Below, one piece after another: positions 1-13,072 of a stretch of DNA of 64,000 bases (positions are counted from its first letter, which is position 1; every line of letters begins with the position of its first letter). This DNA comes from Acidobacteriota bacterium (GTDB lineage: Bacteria > Acidobacteriota > UBA6911 > RPQK01 > DATIPO01), in NCBI GenBank assembly GCA_035471785.1, contig DATIPQ010000083.1, positions 10,569 to 74,568 of the forward strand. The letters run 5' to 3'. Made by a program: the position numbers and the translations under genes. The notes beneath the pieces were generated by a model. The model ran no database searches, was not told the DNA's origin, and saw only the letters and a program-made list of their open reading frames with translations.

Positions 1-101
1 TTCTGGGGATCGTCCGCCCCCGGGGAATCGGATGCCTGCTGGGCCGAGAGCCAAGCTGACCCTGCCAGCAGGGCGGCGAGATAGATGAGAAGACGTTTCA
101 T
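1..101 (-). CDS. 5' end of an exported-protein gene running off the left edge (partial)
   Basis: Minus-strand ATG at 101 followed by MKRLLIYLAALLAGSAWLSAQQ..., a signal-peptide-like N-terminus. Divergent from nrdR. Only about 33 codons are visible. Confidence 0.35.
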   Translation of the reverse strand, partial: MKRLLIYLAALLAGSAWLSAQQASDSPGADDPQ

Positions 102-151
102 ATCGGCAGGCGCCATTGTATCCCATTCGCCGGAAATGGTATCTATGTCGG

Positions 152-667
152 ATGCGCTGCCCTTTCTGCGGACATCCTCGCGACCGGGTCGTCGACACCC
201 GCGAAGCTGCCGAAGGGAGCGTCGTGCGGCGGCGGCGCCTGTGCCTGCACTGCGAGAAGCGCTTCACGACCTACGAACGGATAGACGAAATTCCTCTCAT
301 GGTGGTGAAAAAGAGCGGCACCCGCGAGGCTTTCGACCGTTCCAAGCTGCTCAGCGGACTGCTCAAAGCCTGCGAGAAGCGTCCTGTGAAGGCGCGGACC
401 CTTGAGGAGATCGTGGACGCGGTGGAGCGGCGTTTGATGGAAAGCAGCCAGCGCGAACTCTCTTCCCAGGCAGTAGGCCGCATGCTCATGGAAAAGCTGC
501 TCAAACTGGACAAGGTGGCCTATTTGCGCTTCGCTTCGGTCTACCTGGAATTCGACGACGTTGGGGAATTCATGAAGGTCATCAACCAGCTTTTTGTGGA
601 AAAGACCCGCAGCAAACTGGTGGAAGAGGGGAGAGCCGCCGAGGAGGAATCCCTGGAAAAGGCCTGA
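152..667 (+). CDS. nrdR: Transcriptional repressor NrdR (zinc ribbon + ATP-cone)
   Basis: MRCPFCGH...LCLHCEKRFTTYERIDE zinc ribbon, then an ATP-cone (VVKKSGTREAFDRSKLLSGLLKACEKRPV...YLRFASVY). The internal ATG at 152 is preferred over the ORF-track start at 116. Confidence 0.9.
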   Translation: MRCPFCGHPRDRVVDTREAAEGSVVRRRRLCLHCEKRFTTYERIDEIPLMVVKKSGTREAFDRSKLLSGLLKACEKRPVKARTLEEIVDAVERRLMESSQRELSSQAVGRMLMEKLLKLDKVAYLRFASVYLEFDDVGEFMKVINQLFVEKTRSKLVEEGRAAEEESLEKA

Positions 668-682
668 AGCCCTTCACCCGAC

Positions 683-1729
683 ATGCGCGAATTCCAACTT
701 ATCGACTGGATCGCCCAGCGCCGCCAAGAGGTTCCCGAAGGACTCCTGACCGGCATCGGGGACGACTGCGCCGTCTTCGACCCTTCCTTCGCCCGGCGCC
801 TGCTCGTCACCACCGACACCCTGGTCGAGGACGTGCACTTCCGCCGCCGCTGGAGTTCGCCGGCGTTCTTGGGACACAAAGCCCTGGCCGTCAGCCTCAG
901 CGACCTGGGGGCCATGGGGGCGCGTCCTCACGCCGCCCTGCTCAGCCTGTGCCTCCCCCAGGATACCGGCGAGCGGTGGGCACACTGTCTGCTGGAAGGC
1001 CTCCTGCAAGCCTGCAGCCACTGGCATTGTCCGCTCATCGGAGGCAATCTGGCCGCCGCCTCTCAGGTTCAAATCACCGTCACGGCCTGGGGATACCTCG
1101 AGAAAGGCGAAGCAGTGCTGCGCTCAGGCGGACGGGCGGGCGAGGGGCTGGCGGTGGCCGGACACTTGGGCCTGGCCCGCCGCGGACTCCTCTCCCTGCG
1201 CCGCCACGATCCCGACCTGAGCGCCGTCGAGGATGGCGGGGAGTTGCGGCAGGGCAAGGGCGATCCCCGCCGCGGACGCCTGTGGGAGGCTTTGCTGCGT
1301 CCTCAGCCGCCGCTGCAGGCGGGATGCTGGCTGCAGAGCCGGGAGCTGGCCCGCAGCATGATCGATCTCAGCGACGGACTCTGCGCCGACCTGGGCCACC
1401 TGCTGCGCAGCAGCCGCCTCGCGGCCGTCCTCGAGGAGCGGGCCCTGAACGACTTTCTGCGCGCTCAGGAGCCGGAAGAGGCGGCCGACGAGACCGAGCC
1501 ACGCCTGCAGGCCGCCCTCAAGGGAGGCGAGGACTACGCCCTGCTCTTCAGCCTCGATCCCCAGCGCGTCCTGGAACTGGAGCAATGCCCCTTGCCTCGG
1601 GGACAGCATTGCGGGCTCATCGGACACCTGGAGCAGGGGCCTCCCGCAATCTTCCTGCGCGACCTCCGGGGAAAGCGGCGTCCTCTGAAGATCTCCGGCT
1701 ACCAGCACTTCGGAGACGGGAATGCGTAA
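683..1729 (+). CDS. thiL: Thiamine-monophosphate kinase ThiL
   Basis: N-terminal REFQLIDWI...GIGDDCAVF...TTDTLVEDVHF and IGGNL motifs of the AIR-synthase-fold ThiL family. The length of 348 aa fits. Confidence 0.85.
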   Translation: MREFQLIDWIAQRRQEVPEGLLTGIGDDCAVFDPSFARRLLVTTDTLVEDVHFRRRWSSPAFLGHKALAVSLSDLGAMGARPHAALLSLCLPQDTGERWAHCLLEGLLQACSHWHCPLIGGNLAAASQVQITVTAWGYLEKGEAVLRSGGRAGEGLAVAGHLGLARRGLLSLRRHDPDLSAVEDGGELRQGKGDPRRGRLWEALLRPQPPLQAGCWLQSRELARSMIDLSDGLCADLGHLLRSSRLAAVLEERALNDFLRAQEPEEAADETEPRLQAALKGGEDYALLFSLDPQRVLELEQCPLPRGQHCGLIGHLEQGPPAIFLRDLRGKRRPLKISGYQHFGDGNA

Positions 1730-2189
1730 ACAACTGCGCAAGCTCCTCGGGCTGGGCGAGTCTCCCCGCCGCACCGCCCTGGCCTACGCCGTGGGCGTCT
1801 TCTTGGGCTTCTCGCCCTTCCTCGGTCTGCACACCATTCTCGGCCTGCTGATCGCCTTCTTTTTCCGCCTCAACCGGGTAGCCATCCTGCTCGGCGTCTA
1901 CACCAACAATCCCTGGTGGATGGTGCCCTATTACGCTTTCGCAGCCTGGTTCGGCTACCTGCTGCTGGGAGGTGCGGTAGCGAGCAGTCTTCCCCATCCC
2001 GGCCTGGAGGATCTCTTCTCTCCGGCCTACTGGCGGAGCCTGGCCGGCCAGTGGGATCTGCTGGTTCCCGCCTTCTTCGGTTCCATGGTCATAGCCATCC
2101 TGCTGGGAGCGCTGGCCTATCCGACGGCCCTCCACCTGCTGCGCCGCTACGGCAGGAGACGCCTCCCCCCTACCCCGCCAAAGGACTGA
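1722..2189 (+). CDS. DUF2062-family membrane protein
   Basis: SPRRTALAYAVGVFLGFSPFLGLHTILGLLIAFFFRLNRVAILLGVYTNNPWW is typical of DUF2062. Its start overlaps the thiL stop by 8 nt. Confidence 0.7.
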   Translation: MRKQLRKLLGLGESPRRTALAYAVGVFLGFSPFLGLHTILGLLIAFFFRLNRVAILLGVYTNNPWWMVPYYAFAAWFGYLLLGGAVASSLPHPGLEDLFSPAYWRSLAGQWDLLVPAFFGSMVIAILLGALAYPTALHLLRRYGRRRLPPTPPKD

Positions 2190-2316
2190 TCTTCCAGCCT
2201 TTACCCCGATCTGTCACAATCAGAGGCAGCGTTCCGTCCGCGTCATGGAACATTTTCAGGGCCCTATCCGTTCGCATACGGTGAAAGGGTCACTATGAGA
2301 GGCCGAGGAAGACGCC

Positions 2317-2901
2317 TTGGAAACAACCGACGCAAAGCTTGCCAAGCGATGCATCAATGGAGATTCCCGTGCCTGGGAAAGCGTGGTGGAAAGCCTCAAC
2401 CGGAAGATATACAACATGGCTTACCGATACACCGGACGCTTCGATCTGGCCGAAGAATTGACGCAGGACGTCTTTCTCAAGGTCTACCAGAACCTGGACA
2501 GCTACCGGCCCCAGGCTGGTCCGCTGAGAAACTGGGTCATGCGGGTAGGGCGCAACCTGTTGATCGACAACTACCGGGCCCGCAAGCACGACCGCAAAGT
2601 GGCCGGAAGCGACGAATTGGAGGCCATCGACTTCAAAGCCGAATCAGGACTTCCCAATCCCTTCCAGAATCTCTATGTGAAGGAGAAGGCCGAGTTCCTG
2701 ATGGACGGACTGGACCAGCTTACGCCGGAGCTGCGAGAAGCGGTGGTGCTGCGCGACTTGCAGGAGATGACCTATCAAGAAATGGCTGATCTCCTCGACA
2801 TTCCGCTAGGTACGGTCAAATCGCGCATCAACCGCGGAAGAGTGGAACTGGCCAAGGTCCTGACCGACCAGCGAAAGCGGGGCAAGGGCCTTGAGGCCTG
2901 A
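2317..2901 (+). CDS. ECF-type RNA polymerase sigma-70 family factor
   Basis: Region 2 (YNMAYRYTGRFDLAEELTQDVFLKVYQNL) and region 4 (LRDLQEMTYQEMADLLDIPLGTVKSRINRGR). TTG start with GAGGAAG upstream. Confidence 0.85.
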   Translation: METTDAKLAKRCINGDSRAWESVVESLNRKIYNMAYRYTGRFDLAEELTQDVFLKVYQNLDSYRPQAGPLRNWVMRVGRNLLIDNYRARKHDRKVAGSDELEAIDFKAESGLPNPFQNLYVKEKAEFLMDGLDQLTPELREAVVLRDLQEMTYQEMADLLDIPLGTVKSRINRGRVELAKVLTDQRKRGKGLEA

Positions 2902-2967
2902 ACGGAAACGGTAACGCGAGACCGCGGGGGCGTCCCGGCCCGGCCGAACCCGCCGCGGAGCGAGCGA

Positions 2968-3642
2968 ATGAATATGAATTGCGCACAACTGGAAACACTG
3001 CTCAGCGATTATCTGGAAGGCGAACTGAAGCCGCCCGTCCAGAGCGCTCTGGAAGAGCACCTGGAGTCGTGTGCCCGCTGCCGCCTGCTGATGGACGAAC
3101 TGCGCAGCATGCAAACCGACTTCAAGGCGTTTCCGGAACTCGACCCGCCCCCCGGACTCGTGGAGGCGATCCTGCGCAAGACCTCGGGCATCCCCGACAA
3201 GCGCTCCCTGTGGAGAGACTTGCTGCTGCCCACTTTGCAGCCTTTCCTGACCCAGCGCTTCGCCTTCGCCACGGGAATCATGTTCGTCTTCCTGTCGCTG
3301 ATGGTCAACGTGCTGGGACCGGGTTTCTCGGGGCTGAGCGCCTCCGACCTCACCTTCTCCAATCTGCGCGAGGGCGGACAGAGAGCCGCCACCCAGGTTT
3401 CTTCCTACTGGAGCAAGATGCAGGACGCCCGCCAGCGCATGTGGAACGAGATCTCCTTGTGGGCCGAGGACGTCACCGGACGCCTCGACTACCACCTGGT
3501 AACGGGACTCTTCAAGAGCTATCAGGATTCCGTGCAGGAGCAGGAGGACAAGCTGCGTCAGGAAGGCGATGAGGAAGGTTCTCAAGAGCCTGGAGAGGGC
3601 AACCCAGCCAGCTCTCCGCAAGCGCCGGAAGAGGATCGATAG
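2968..3642 (+). CDS. Anti-sigma factor (zf-HC2 type) with one TM segment
   Basis: N-terminal CAQLETLLSDYLEGEL...HLESCARC putative zinc-finger anti-sigma motif, a central hydrophobic segment, and a position immediately after the ECF sigma gene. Confidence 0.7.
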   Translation: MNMNCAQLETLLSDYLEGELKPPVQSALEEHLESCARCRLLMDELRSMQTDFKAFPELDPPPGLVEAILRKTSGIPDKRSLWRDLLLPTLQPFLTQRFAFATGIMFVFLSLMVNVLGPGFSGLSASDLTFSNLREGGQRAATQVSSYWSKMQDARQRMWNEISLWAEDVTGRLDYHLVTGLFKSYQDSVQEQEDKLRQEGDEEGSQEPGEGNPASSPQAPEEDR

Positions 3643-3678
3643 GGCAAAATACACGCCACTTAAGAGACTAGAGAAACT

Positions 3679-4530
3679 ATGACTACCCAATCCAATCCCA
3701 GCGATTCGCAGCAGGGCCGCAAGGTGCAGTGTCACTCTTGCGGACTGCCGCAACCCATCGAGCGGGCCCACTCCATCAAGGGTCGCTACTACTGTACCGA
3801 CTGCCTGGTGGCGGGCGCCGAACTGGCCGGACTGGCCAGCGAATCCGACCTCAGCAACTACTCGGCCGGACGGGCCGCGCTTTTCGGACTTCTGCCCGGA
3901 CTGGGGGCCGTCTACAACAACCAATACGTCAAGGCCGTGCAACACTTCGCCATCTTCGCCGGACTGGTCATGCTGGCCGACTATTCGGTGATCTTCATTT
4001 TCGCCTCCATCGTCTTTTACCTCTACACCATCGTCGACGCCTACCGTTCGGCTCAAGACATCATCAGGCGCAAGATACGCCGAGCCCAAACGGGCCAGCC
4101 CGTGGGAAATGGAGCCCGCGAAAACGTTCCCATCTGGGGCATCGCCCTGATCGGCCTGGGAGCGCTCTTCTTTCTCGACAACCTGCGCCTGGTCAGCATC
4201 CGCGACTTGTTCGACTATCTGTGGCCGCTGGTCTTCGTGGCCATCGGAGTCTATCTGATCTTCGATTTTTACCGGCGCGGCGAAAACGGAGAGCAGCAGA
4301 CTCAGGCTTCCCATGGCGGAAGACCTGCCGGCAACGCCTACGGGGGAAGCGCTGCCGCTGCGCCGCCTCAGCCTCCTCAAGCCTCAGCGCCGCCTGAGCC
4401 CGAGGTGCCGAGTGCAGCGCCGGAAAGCGAGCCGCCCCAGCCACCCGCCCCGACCCGGCAAACCGCTTCCGAGTCCTCCTCCCCCCAAGCGGACCAAGAG
4501 GACCACGAGGCAGAAGGCAAGGAGAGCTGA
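3679..4530 (+). CDS. Membrane protein with N-terminal Cys4 zinc-finger-like motif and LiaF/DUF5668-like TM region
   Basis: CHSCGL...YYCTDC motif, several hydrophobic helices (PIWGIALIGLGALFFLDNL, LWPLVFVAIGVYLIF) and a Pro/Ala/Glu-rich low-complexity tail. Confidence 0.55.
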   Translation: MTTQSNPSDSQQGRKVQCHSCGLPQPIERAHSIKGRYYCTDCLVAGAELAGLASESDLSNYSAGRAALFGLLPGLGAVYNNQYVKAVQHFAIFAGLVMLADYSVIFIFASIVFYLYTIVDAYRSAQDIIRRKIRRAQTGQPVGNGARENVPIWGIALIGLGALFFLDNLRLVSIRDLFDYLWPLVFVAIGVYLIFDFYRRGENGEQQTQASHGGRPAGNAYGGSAAAAPPQPPQASAPPEPEVPSAAPESEPPQPPAPTRQTASESSSPQADQEDHEAEGKES

Positions 4531-4533
4531 ACC

Positions 4534-6276
4534 ATGGCTGGACGACGAAGTCTTTCAACTCTGACCACCGGGGTGATCCTGATCGGCGTAGGGGTCTTTT
4601 TCTTCCTCTACCAGGTCATGGACTGGGACATCTCGGTCATCGAGATTCTGCGCCTGATCATCCCCGCCTTTTTCCTATGGATCGGCTTGACCAAGCTGGT
4701 GCGCCATTACACCTGGGACCCCCAGGAAGCCGCCAACAACGCCGACAAGACCAGCCTGCTGGGTGGACTCTTCTTCACCTTCCTGGGCACCGTCATCGCC
4801 CTCGACTTCTTGTGGGAGTACGACTTTCTGCCCCTTTTCGCCTTCTACTGGCCGCTCGTCATCGTGACCTTCGGGCTGGGCAAGATTATCGACTACTTCC
4901 GCCTGGGGACGGCCATGCGCTTTCGGGGCGGCGAGATCTTCGGCATCATCGTCCTCATCTTCATCGGCCTCTCGGCCCGCACCATCGACGATGCCCATTG
5001 GAACCTTCTGCCTCCCTTCCTGGAGCGAGACGACCGCTGGGAGCGCGCGCCCCGCTGGCAAGAAGCCTATTCGGTCGACCTGGAAGGAGCCACCAGCATT
5101 CACGTAGCCAACCTTTACGGCGACGTGCGCATTTCGGGCGGAGAGGGGCAAGAGGGCGTGCGGGTCGAGTTGGTCAAGATCGTCAATGAATCGCGAAGAA
5201 GCGAGGCTCGGGAGGTGGCAGACCGCATCCGCCTGCAAAGCGAGGTGTCGGAGGGGGTGTTGCGGATCTCCACCAATCGCAGCTCGGTCTCCAGCAACCT
5301 CCGCTTCCGCACCGACATGGTCATCACCTTGCCGGACGACATGCCCCTGCAAGCCGTCAACGGCTACGGCTACCTGCGGGCCTCGCGCATGAAGGCCCCG
5401 GTCAAGCTGGAAAACAACCGCGGCGAAGTGGTGGCCGAATTCATCGACGGATCGGTCGACATCACCAGCCGCCGTGAACCAGTGCTGGTCCGGCGTATCA
5501 ACGGCGATCTCACGGTCAGCAACGAACGCGGCTCGGTGCACGCCGAAGACGTCACCGGTCTGGTGCAGCTTTCCACCCAGCACGAAGAGATCAGGGCCCA
5601 AAGCGTAGACGGCGACATGCGCCTTTCCAACTACCACGGCAGCGTGCGCCTCAACGACATCGAGGGGATCGTCGAGATCGACGCCGTCGGCTCTCAGGTC
5701 AGCCTCTCCGACATCAGCAGCGACGTGACCGTGAGCAACTCCTACAAGGACTTCGAGGCCCGCGCGCTGGGAGGCACTCTGCGCCTCTCAACCAATAATT
5801 GCGATTCGGTCAGGCTCAACGAAATCGCCGGACTGGTGGAGATCGACGGGCGCCATTTCGACATCCTGGCCGAAGACCTGCAAGGGGGACTCACCGTCCG
5901 CGGAGAAAGCATCGGCCTGCAAGCGGAGCGGATCAACGGCCCGCTGGTGGCCCACACCAGTCTGCGCGACATCAGCATAGAAGAGGTCCCCGGCCCCCTG
6001 GATGTGCAGAACACCAACGGAGACATCCGGGTGGGGGCCCGGACTCCGCTGCGGGGAGCTTTTCTGGTCGAGAACAGCAATGGAGCGCTGGTGCTCGAGA
6101 TCCCCCGCCAGGCCGCCTTCAACCTGACTGCCCAGACTCAGGGAGCCAAGATCGAATCGGACTTCGGCAACATTGAGGAAAGCGATGAAGCGCTGCGCTT
6201 CTCGCAGGGAGAGGGGGGCGTCGAAATCCGCCTGCAGAACCGATTCGCTGGGATCCGCATCAAGGCCGTCGGATGA
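4534..6276 (+). CDS. Membrane-anchored DUF4097 (putative adhesin-like beta-repeat) protein
   Basis: N-terminal TM helices, then many degenerate ~20-aa repeats of the form NG.I.V / GDV.I... typical of DUF4097. Confidence 0.6.
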   Translation: MAGRRSLSTLTTGVILIGVGVFFFLYQVMDWDISVIEILRLIIPAFFLWIGLTKLVRHYTWDPQEAANNADKTSLLGGLFFTFLGTVIALDFLWEYDFLPLFAFYWPLVIVTFGLGKIIDYFRLGTAMRFRGGEIFGIIVLIFIGLSARTIDDAHWNLLPPFLERDDRWERAPRWQEAYSVDLEGATSIHVANLYGDVRISGGEGQEGVRVELVKIVNESRRSEAREVADRIRLQSEVSEGVLRISTNRSSVSSNLRFRTDMVITLPDDMPLQAVNGYGYLRASRMKAPVKLENNRGEVVAEFIDGSVDITSRREPVLVRRINGDLTVSNERGSVHAEDVTGLVQLSTQHEEIRAQSVDGDMRLSNYHGSVRLNDIEGIVEIDAVGSQVSLSDISSDVTVSNSYKDFEARALGGTLRLSTNNCDSVRLNEIAGLVEIDGRHFDILAEDLQGGLTVRGESIGLQAERINGPLVAHTSLRDISIEEVPGPLDVQNTNGDIRVGARTPLRGAFLVENSNGALVLEIPRQAAFNLTAQTQGAKIESDFGNIEESDEALRFSQGEGGVEIRLQNRFAGIRIKAVG

Positions 6277-6282
6277 GGCGGT

Positions 6283-7149
6283 ATGAAAGGAATAGAAATG
6301 ATTCAGAAACTGACCCTGGCAAGCCTGCTCTTGCTGACTGCTTCCTGCATTCAAATCGGCGATTTCGGGAAGGTAACCTACGCAGACATGAAGTCATCTG
6401 AACCGTCTCAGGGCGAAACCCGCTTGCAGGCGGAGGTCGACATGTCGGTTGGAGAGCTCATGATCCAACCCGGTGAAAACGACTTCACCTACAAGCTTGA
6501 CGCCCGCTACAACAAAGAAGCCTACGAGCCCAAGGTCTCAATGTCCCGCGATGGAGATACCGCCAAACTGAAGGTCACCTTGGAGAAGACCTCCAGCGGC
6601 ACCGCGCGCGGCAAAAACGAACTCGACCTGCGCCTCAACCCCCAGGCCGTCCTGGCCCTGACGACCAAAGCCGGCGTGGGCGAAGCCAGAATCGATCTCT
6701 CCGACATGAAAGTCGAGGAACTGCGCCTCGCCTCGGGCGTAGGCGCCACCCGGCTGACCATGCTGACCGCCAATCCCGTGCGCTGCAAGAGCTTCAAGAT
6801 CGAGGCCGGCGTCGGTGCCCTGGAGGCCACCGGCCTGGGCAACCTCAATTTTGAGAGCATGCGCTTCGAGGGAGGCGTGGGAGGAGCCGAGCTGGACTTC
6901 TCGGGAGCCTGGGAGAACCCGGGTGAAATCGAGATCGAAGTGGGCGTGGGCGGTGTGGAAATCCGCATTCCCCGCGACGTCGGCGTGCGCCTTCGGGCCT
7001 CCGAGAGCTTTCTCTCGGGACTCGACTTGAACGACTTCCAGAAGGAAGGCGGCGGCCGCTACCGCAGCAACAACATCGACGATGCCCGCAAAGTCATCTC
7101 CATCAGGCTGGAAACCGGGATCGGGGGAGTCGAGATCAACTGGATCTAA
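6283..7149 (+). CDS. Lipoprotein with toastrack/DUF2154-like beta-repeat domain
   Basis: Lipobox LLLLTASC after a signal peptide, and a C-terminal GVGA/GVGG...EI repeat region resembling the LiaF C-terminal toastrack fold. Confidence 0.5.
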   Translation: MKGIEMIQKLTLASLLLLTASCIQIGDFGKVTYADMKSSEPSQGETRLQAEVDMSVGELMIQPGENDFTYKLDARYNKEAYEPKVSMSRDGDTAKLKVTLEKTSSGTARGKNELDLRLNPQAVLALTTKAGVGEARIDLSDMKVEELRLASGVGATRLTMLTANPVRCKSFKIEAGVGALEATGLGNLNFESMRFEGGVGGAELDFSGAWENPGEIEIEVGVGGVEIRIPRDVGVRLRASESFLSGLDLNDFQKEGGGRYRSNNIDDARKVISIRLETGIGGVEINWI

Positions 7150-7277
7150 GCGCGCCTGACGACACCATTCTCATCGCTTGCGCTCTCAGGCGAGAAACCG
7201 TCCGCCTGCAACGGCGCCTGACCGAACAGGCGGGCAGTCCCGAACTTTCTCAAAGGCTCGATTTCCGTCACACCGGA

Positions 7278-7787
7278 GTGGGAGCGCGGCGCAGCGAGAG
7301 CAGGCTGGCCGCCTTGTTGAGCGAGCGACGCCCCCGCCTGCTCATCTTCACGGGAACGGCCGGCGGGCTGGATCCCTCGCTGAACATGGGCCAGGTGGTC
7401 TTGCCGCGGGCCTGGCGCTTTCAAGACGGATCTCTCCACCCCCATGATGAGGCGCTGCTGGCCGCCGCGGCTTTGCAAGCGCAGAAGCTGGGACCCGGAC
7501 TGCTGACATTGACCGACCTGGGTTTGACCGTGGCGCGGCCCGTGCTTCTCCCCTCGGCCCGCAAACGCCTCCACTTGAAGACCGGCGCCGCTGTCTGCGA
7601 TATGGAATGCGCCGCCGCCCTGCGCACCGCCGCCAACCTGCAAGTACCCGTCCTGGCCCTTAAAGTGGTGTCGGACACCTCCCGGTCCCGCCTGACCGAC
7701 TTCTGGAAACACCTCGACTCCAACCTCGACCGGCTGGCCCTCACCCTCAAAACACTCATCCCATCGCTGCTCGATTCCGGCTTTTGA
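7278..7787 (+). CDS. Nucleoside phosphorylase superfamily protein (MTA/SAH nucleosidase or futalosine hydrolase-like)
   Basis: LLIFTGTAGGLDP and AVCDMECAAALRTAANLQVPVLALKVVSDTS motifs. Family-like sequence (ILIACALRRE) continues upstream of the first canonical start codon (see findings). Confidence 0.55.
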   Translation: MGARRSESRLAALLSERRPRLLIFTGTAGGLDPSLNMGQVVLPRAWRFQDGSLHPHDEALLAAAALQAQKLGPGLLTLTDLGLTVARPVLLPSARKRLHLKTGAAVCDMECAAALRTAANLQVPVLALKVVSDTSRSRLTDFWKHLDSNLDRLALTLKTLIPSLLDSGF

Positions 7788-7895
7788 CGGCTTGCCTGGG
7801 GCAAATGCCCCAGGGATTGCGCTGGTCCCGCCGTGAAAGGGCGCTAGTGGAGGGGTTTGTTCGGGCACCGGTGTTGCTGTCTAGGAGGTATCATC

Positions 7896-11443
<3,548 letters not shown>

Positions 11444-11447
<4 letters not shown>

Positions 11448-12442
11448 CCGACCTGACGACCTCCTACCTTGGATTGCAACTCAAAAATCCGCTGGTGGCC
11501 TCGGCCTCTCCGCTCTCCGAGAGCCTCGACAACTACCGCCGCCTGGAGGATGCCGGCGTTGCCGCCGTGGTCAACTACTCGCTTTTCGAAGAGGAGATTA
11601 CCCACGAGTCCTACGAACTGCACCACCATCTCACCCAAGGCACCGAGAGCTATGCCGAATCGCTCAGCTACTTCCCGGAACCCGAGTACTTCAAATTGGG
11701 GCCGGAGGAATACTGCAAGCACATTCAGCACGCCGTGGAAGCCGTCGACATCCCGGTCATCGGCAGTCTCAACGGGCATTCCCTGGGGGGTTGGACCAAG
11801 TATGCCCAACTGATCGAAGAAGCCGGCGCCGCGGCCCTGGAACTCAACCTCTACTACCTTCCTACCGATCCCGAAGTGTCGGGCCAGGAGATCGAGCGGC
11901 GCTACCTGGAAGTGATCAGGCAGGTGCGCTCCAGCGTCAGCATACCGCTGGCCGTCAAGCTCTCTCCCTTCTTCAGCGCCATGGCCCACTTGGCCCGCAG
12001 CATCGACCTGGCGGGGGCCGACGGACTGGTGCTCTTCAACCGCTTCTACCAGCCCGACATCGATTTGGAGGAGCTGGAGGTGGTCCCCAACGTGCTGCTG
12101 AGCAATTCCCAGTCGCTACGCCTGCCGCTGCGCTGGATCGCCATCCTGTTCGGTCATCTGCAGTGCAGCCTGGCGGGCACGGGAGGCGTCCACACGGCTC
12201 AGGACGCACTCAAGATGGTTATGGCCGGCGCCGACGTGGCCATGCTCTGCTCAGCCCTGCTGCGAAACGGAATCGATCATGTTCGAGAAGTCCTCTCCGA
12301 GCTAGTAGAATGGATGCAGGAACGAGAGTACGATTCGGTCCGCCAGATGAGAGGCAGCCTCTCGCAGCGGTCCTGCCCCGATCCGGCGGCTTTTGAACGC
12401 GCCAACTACATGAGGGCGCTGCGCACCTACCGGGTGAACTGA
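11444..12442 (+). CDS. Dihydroorotate dehydrogenase-like protein (class 1 DHOD fold, PFOR-associated)
   Basis: LGLQLKNPLVASASPLS...LELNLY...LAVKLSPFF...LVLFNRF motifs of the DHOD/DHPD TIM-barrel family. ATGA overlap with the PFOR stop. Confidence 0.75.
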
Positions 12443-12458
12443 CAGGAAGGGGTCCGCC

Positions 12459-12935
12459 ATGCGTGAGATTCAAGCCTATGAACTGATGAACCGCGAAGTC
12501 ATCAAGGTCCGCGACGACATGACCTTGCAGACAGCCGCCTCCATCCTGGCCGGCAATGCCATCTCGGGAGCGCCTGTGGTGGATGGCGACGGCTCCGCGG
12601 TGGGGGTCATCTCCTACTCCGACATCGCCGCCCATGCCGCCGAAGGGGACGAAAGCCTGTCCGCCTCCGCCGACTATCTGCAAGGGTGGGAGGACAAGCT
12701 CAACGCCGAGGACCTCGATTCACTGCAAATCGATAACGGGGGCACTCTGGTGCGCGACGTGATGACTCCTACCGTCTACACCGTGCCTCACGACACGCCC
12801 GTCAAATATATCGCCCGCGCCATGATCGCCGGGCGCGTCCACCGTCTCTTCGTCACCAAAGGAGATGCCATCGCCGGCATCATCACCACCCTCGATCTGC
12901 TGAGCATCCTGGCCCGGGATGAAGATGAAGACTGA
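12459..12935 (+). CDS. CBS-pair domain protein
   Basis: Two CBS repeats (LMNREVIKVRDDMTLQTAASIL...GAPVVDGDGSAVGVISYSDI and VRDVMTPTVYTVPHDTPV...HRLFVTKGDAIAGIITTLDLL). Confidence 0.8.
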   Translation: MREIQAYELMNREVIKVRDDMTLQTAASILAGNAISGAPVVDGDGSAVGVISYSDIAAHAAEGDESLSASADYLQGWEDKLNAEDLDSLQIDNGGTLVRDVMTPTVYTVPHDTPVKYIARAMIAGRVHRLFVTKGDAIAGIITTLDLLSILARDEDED

Positions 12936-13010
12936 CCTGTGGCACGACCTCCGCAGGGATGCGCGCCCCCCACAGTTCGCCACTCTTCTCAGCCGCTTTG
13001 AAATGAGCTC

Positions 13011-13038
13011 TTGACAAATCGATGCTGATTGATAAAAT
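13011..13038 (+). promoter_or_regulatory. Sigma70-like promoter (TTGACA, 16-nt spacer, TAAAAT)
   Basis: TTGACA at 13011-13016 and TAAAAT at 13033-13038, about 35 nt upstream of the ATG at 13073. This is an AT-rich island in otherwise GC-rich DNA. Confidence 0.45.
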
Positions 13039-13072
13039 GTTTTTTATCAAACTGAGAAAGGACGGTTTACCG

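Noticed and set aside
949-1851. 300-aa plus-strand ORF overlapping thiL in another frame
   Set aside because: The translation is Arg/Pro/Gly/Ala-rich (RRRGWRGVAAGQGRSPPRTP...). It is an alternative frame of a gene with clear ThiL motifs, so it is a GC-driven artefact.
2806-4380. 524-aa minus-strand ORF spanning the anti-sigma and membrane-protein genes
   Set aside because: It lies antisense to three well-supported plus-strand genes. Its translation is low-complexity and rich in Arg, Gly, Ala and Gln, with no recognisable motifs. This is the typical shadow ORF of high-GC DNA.
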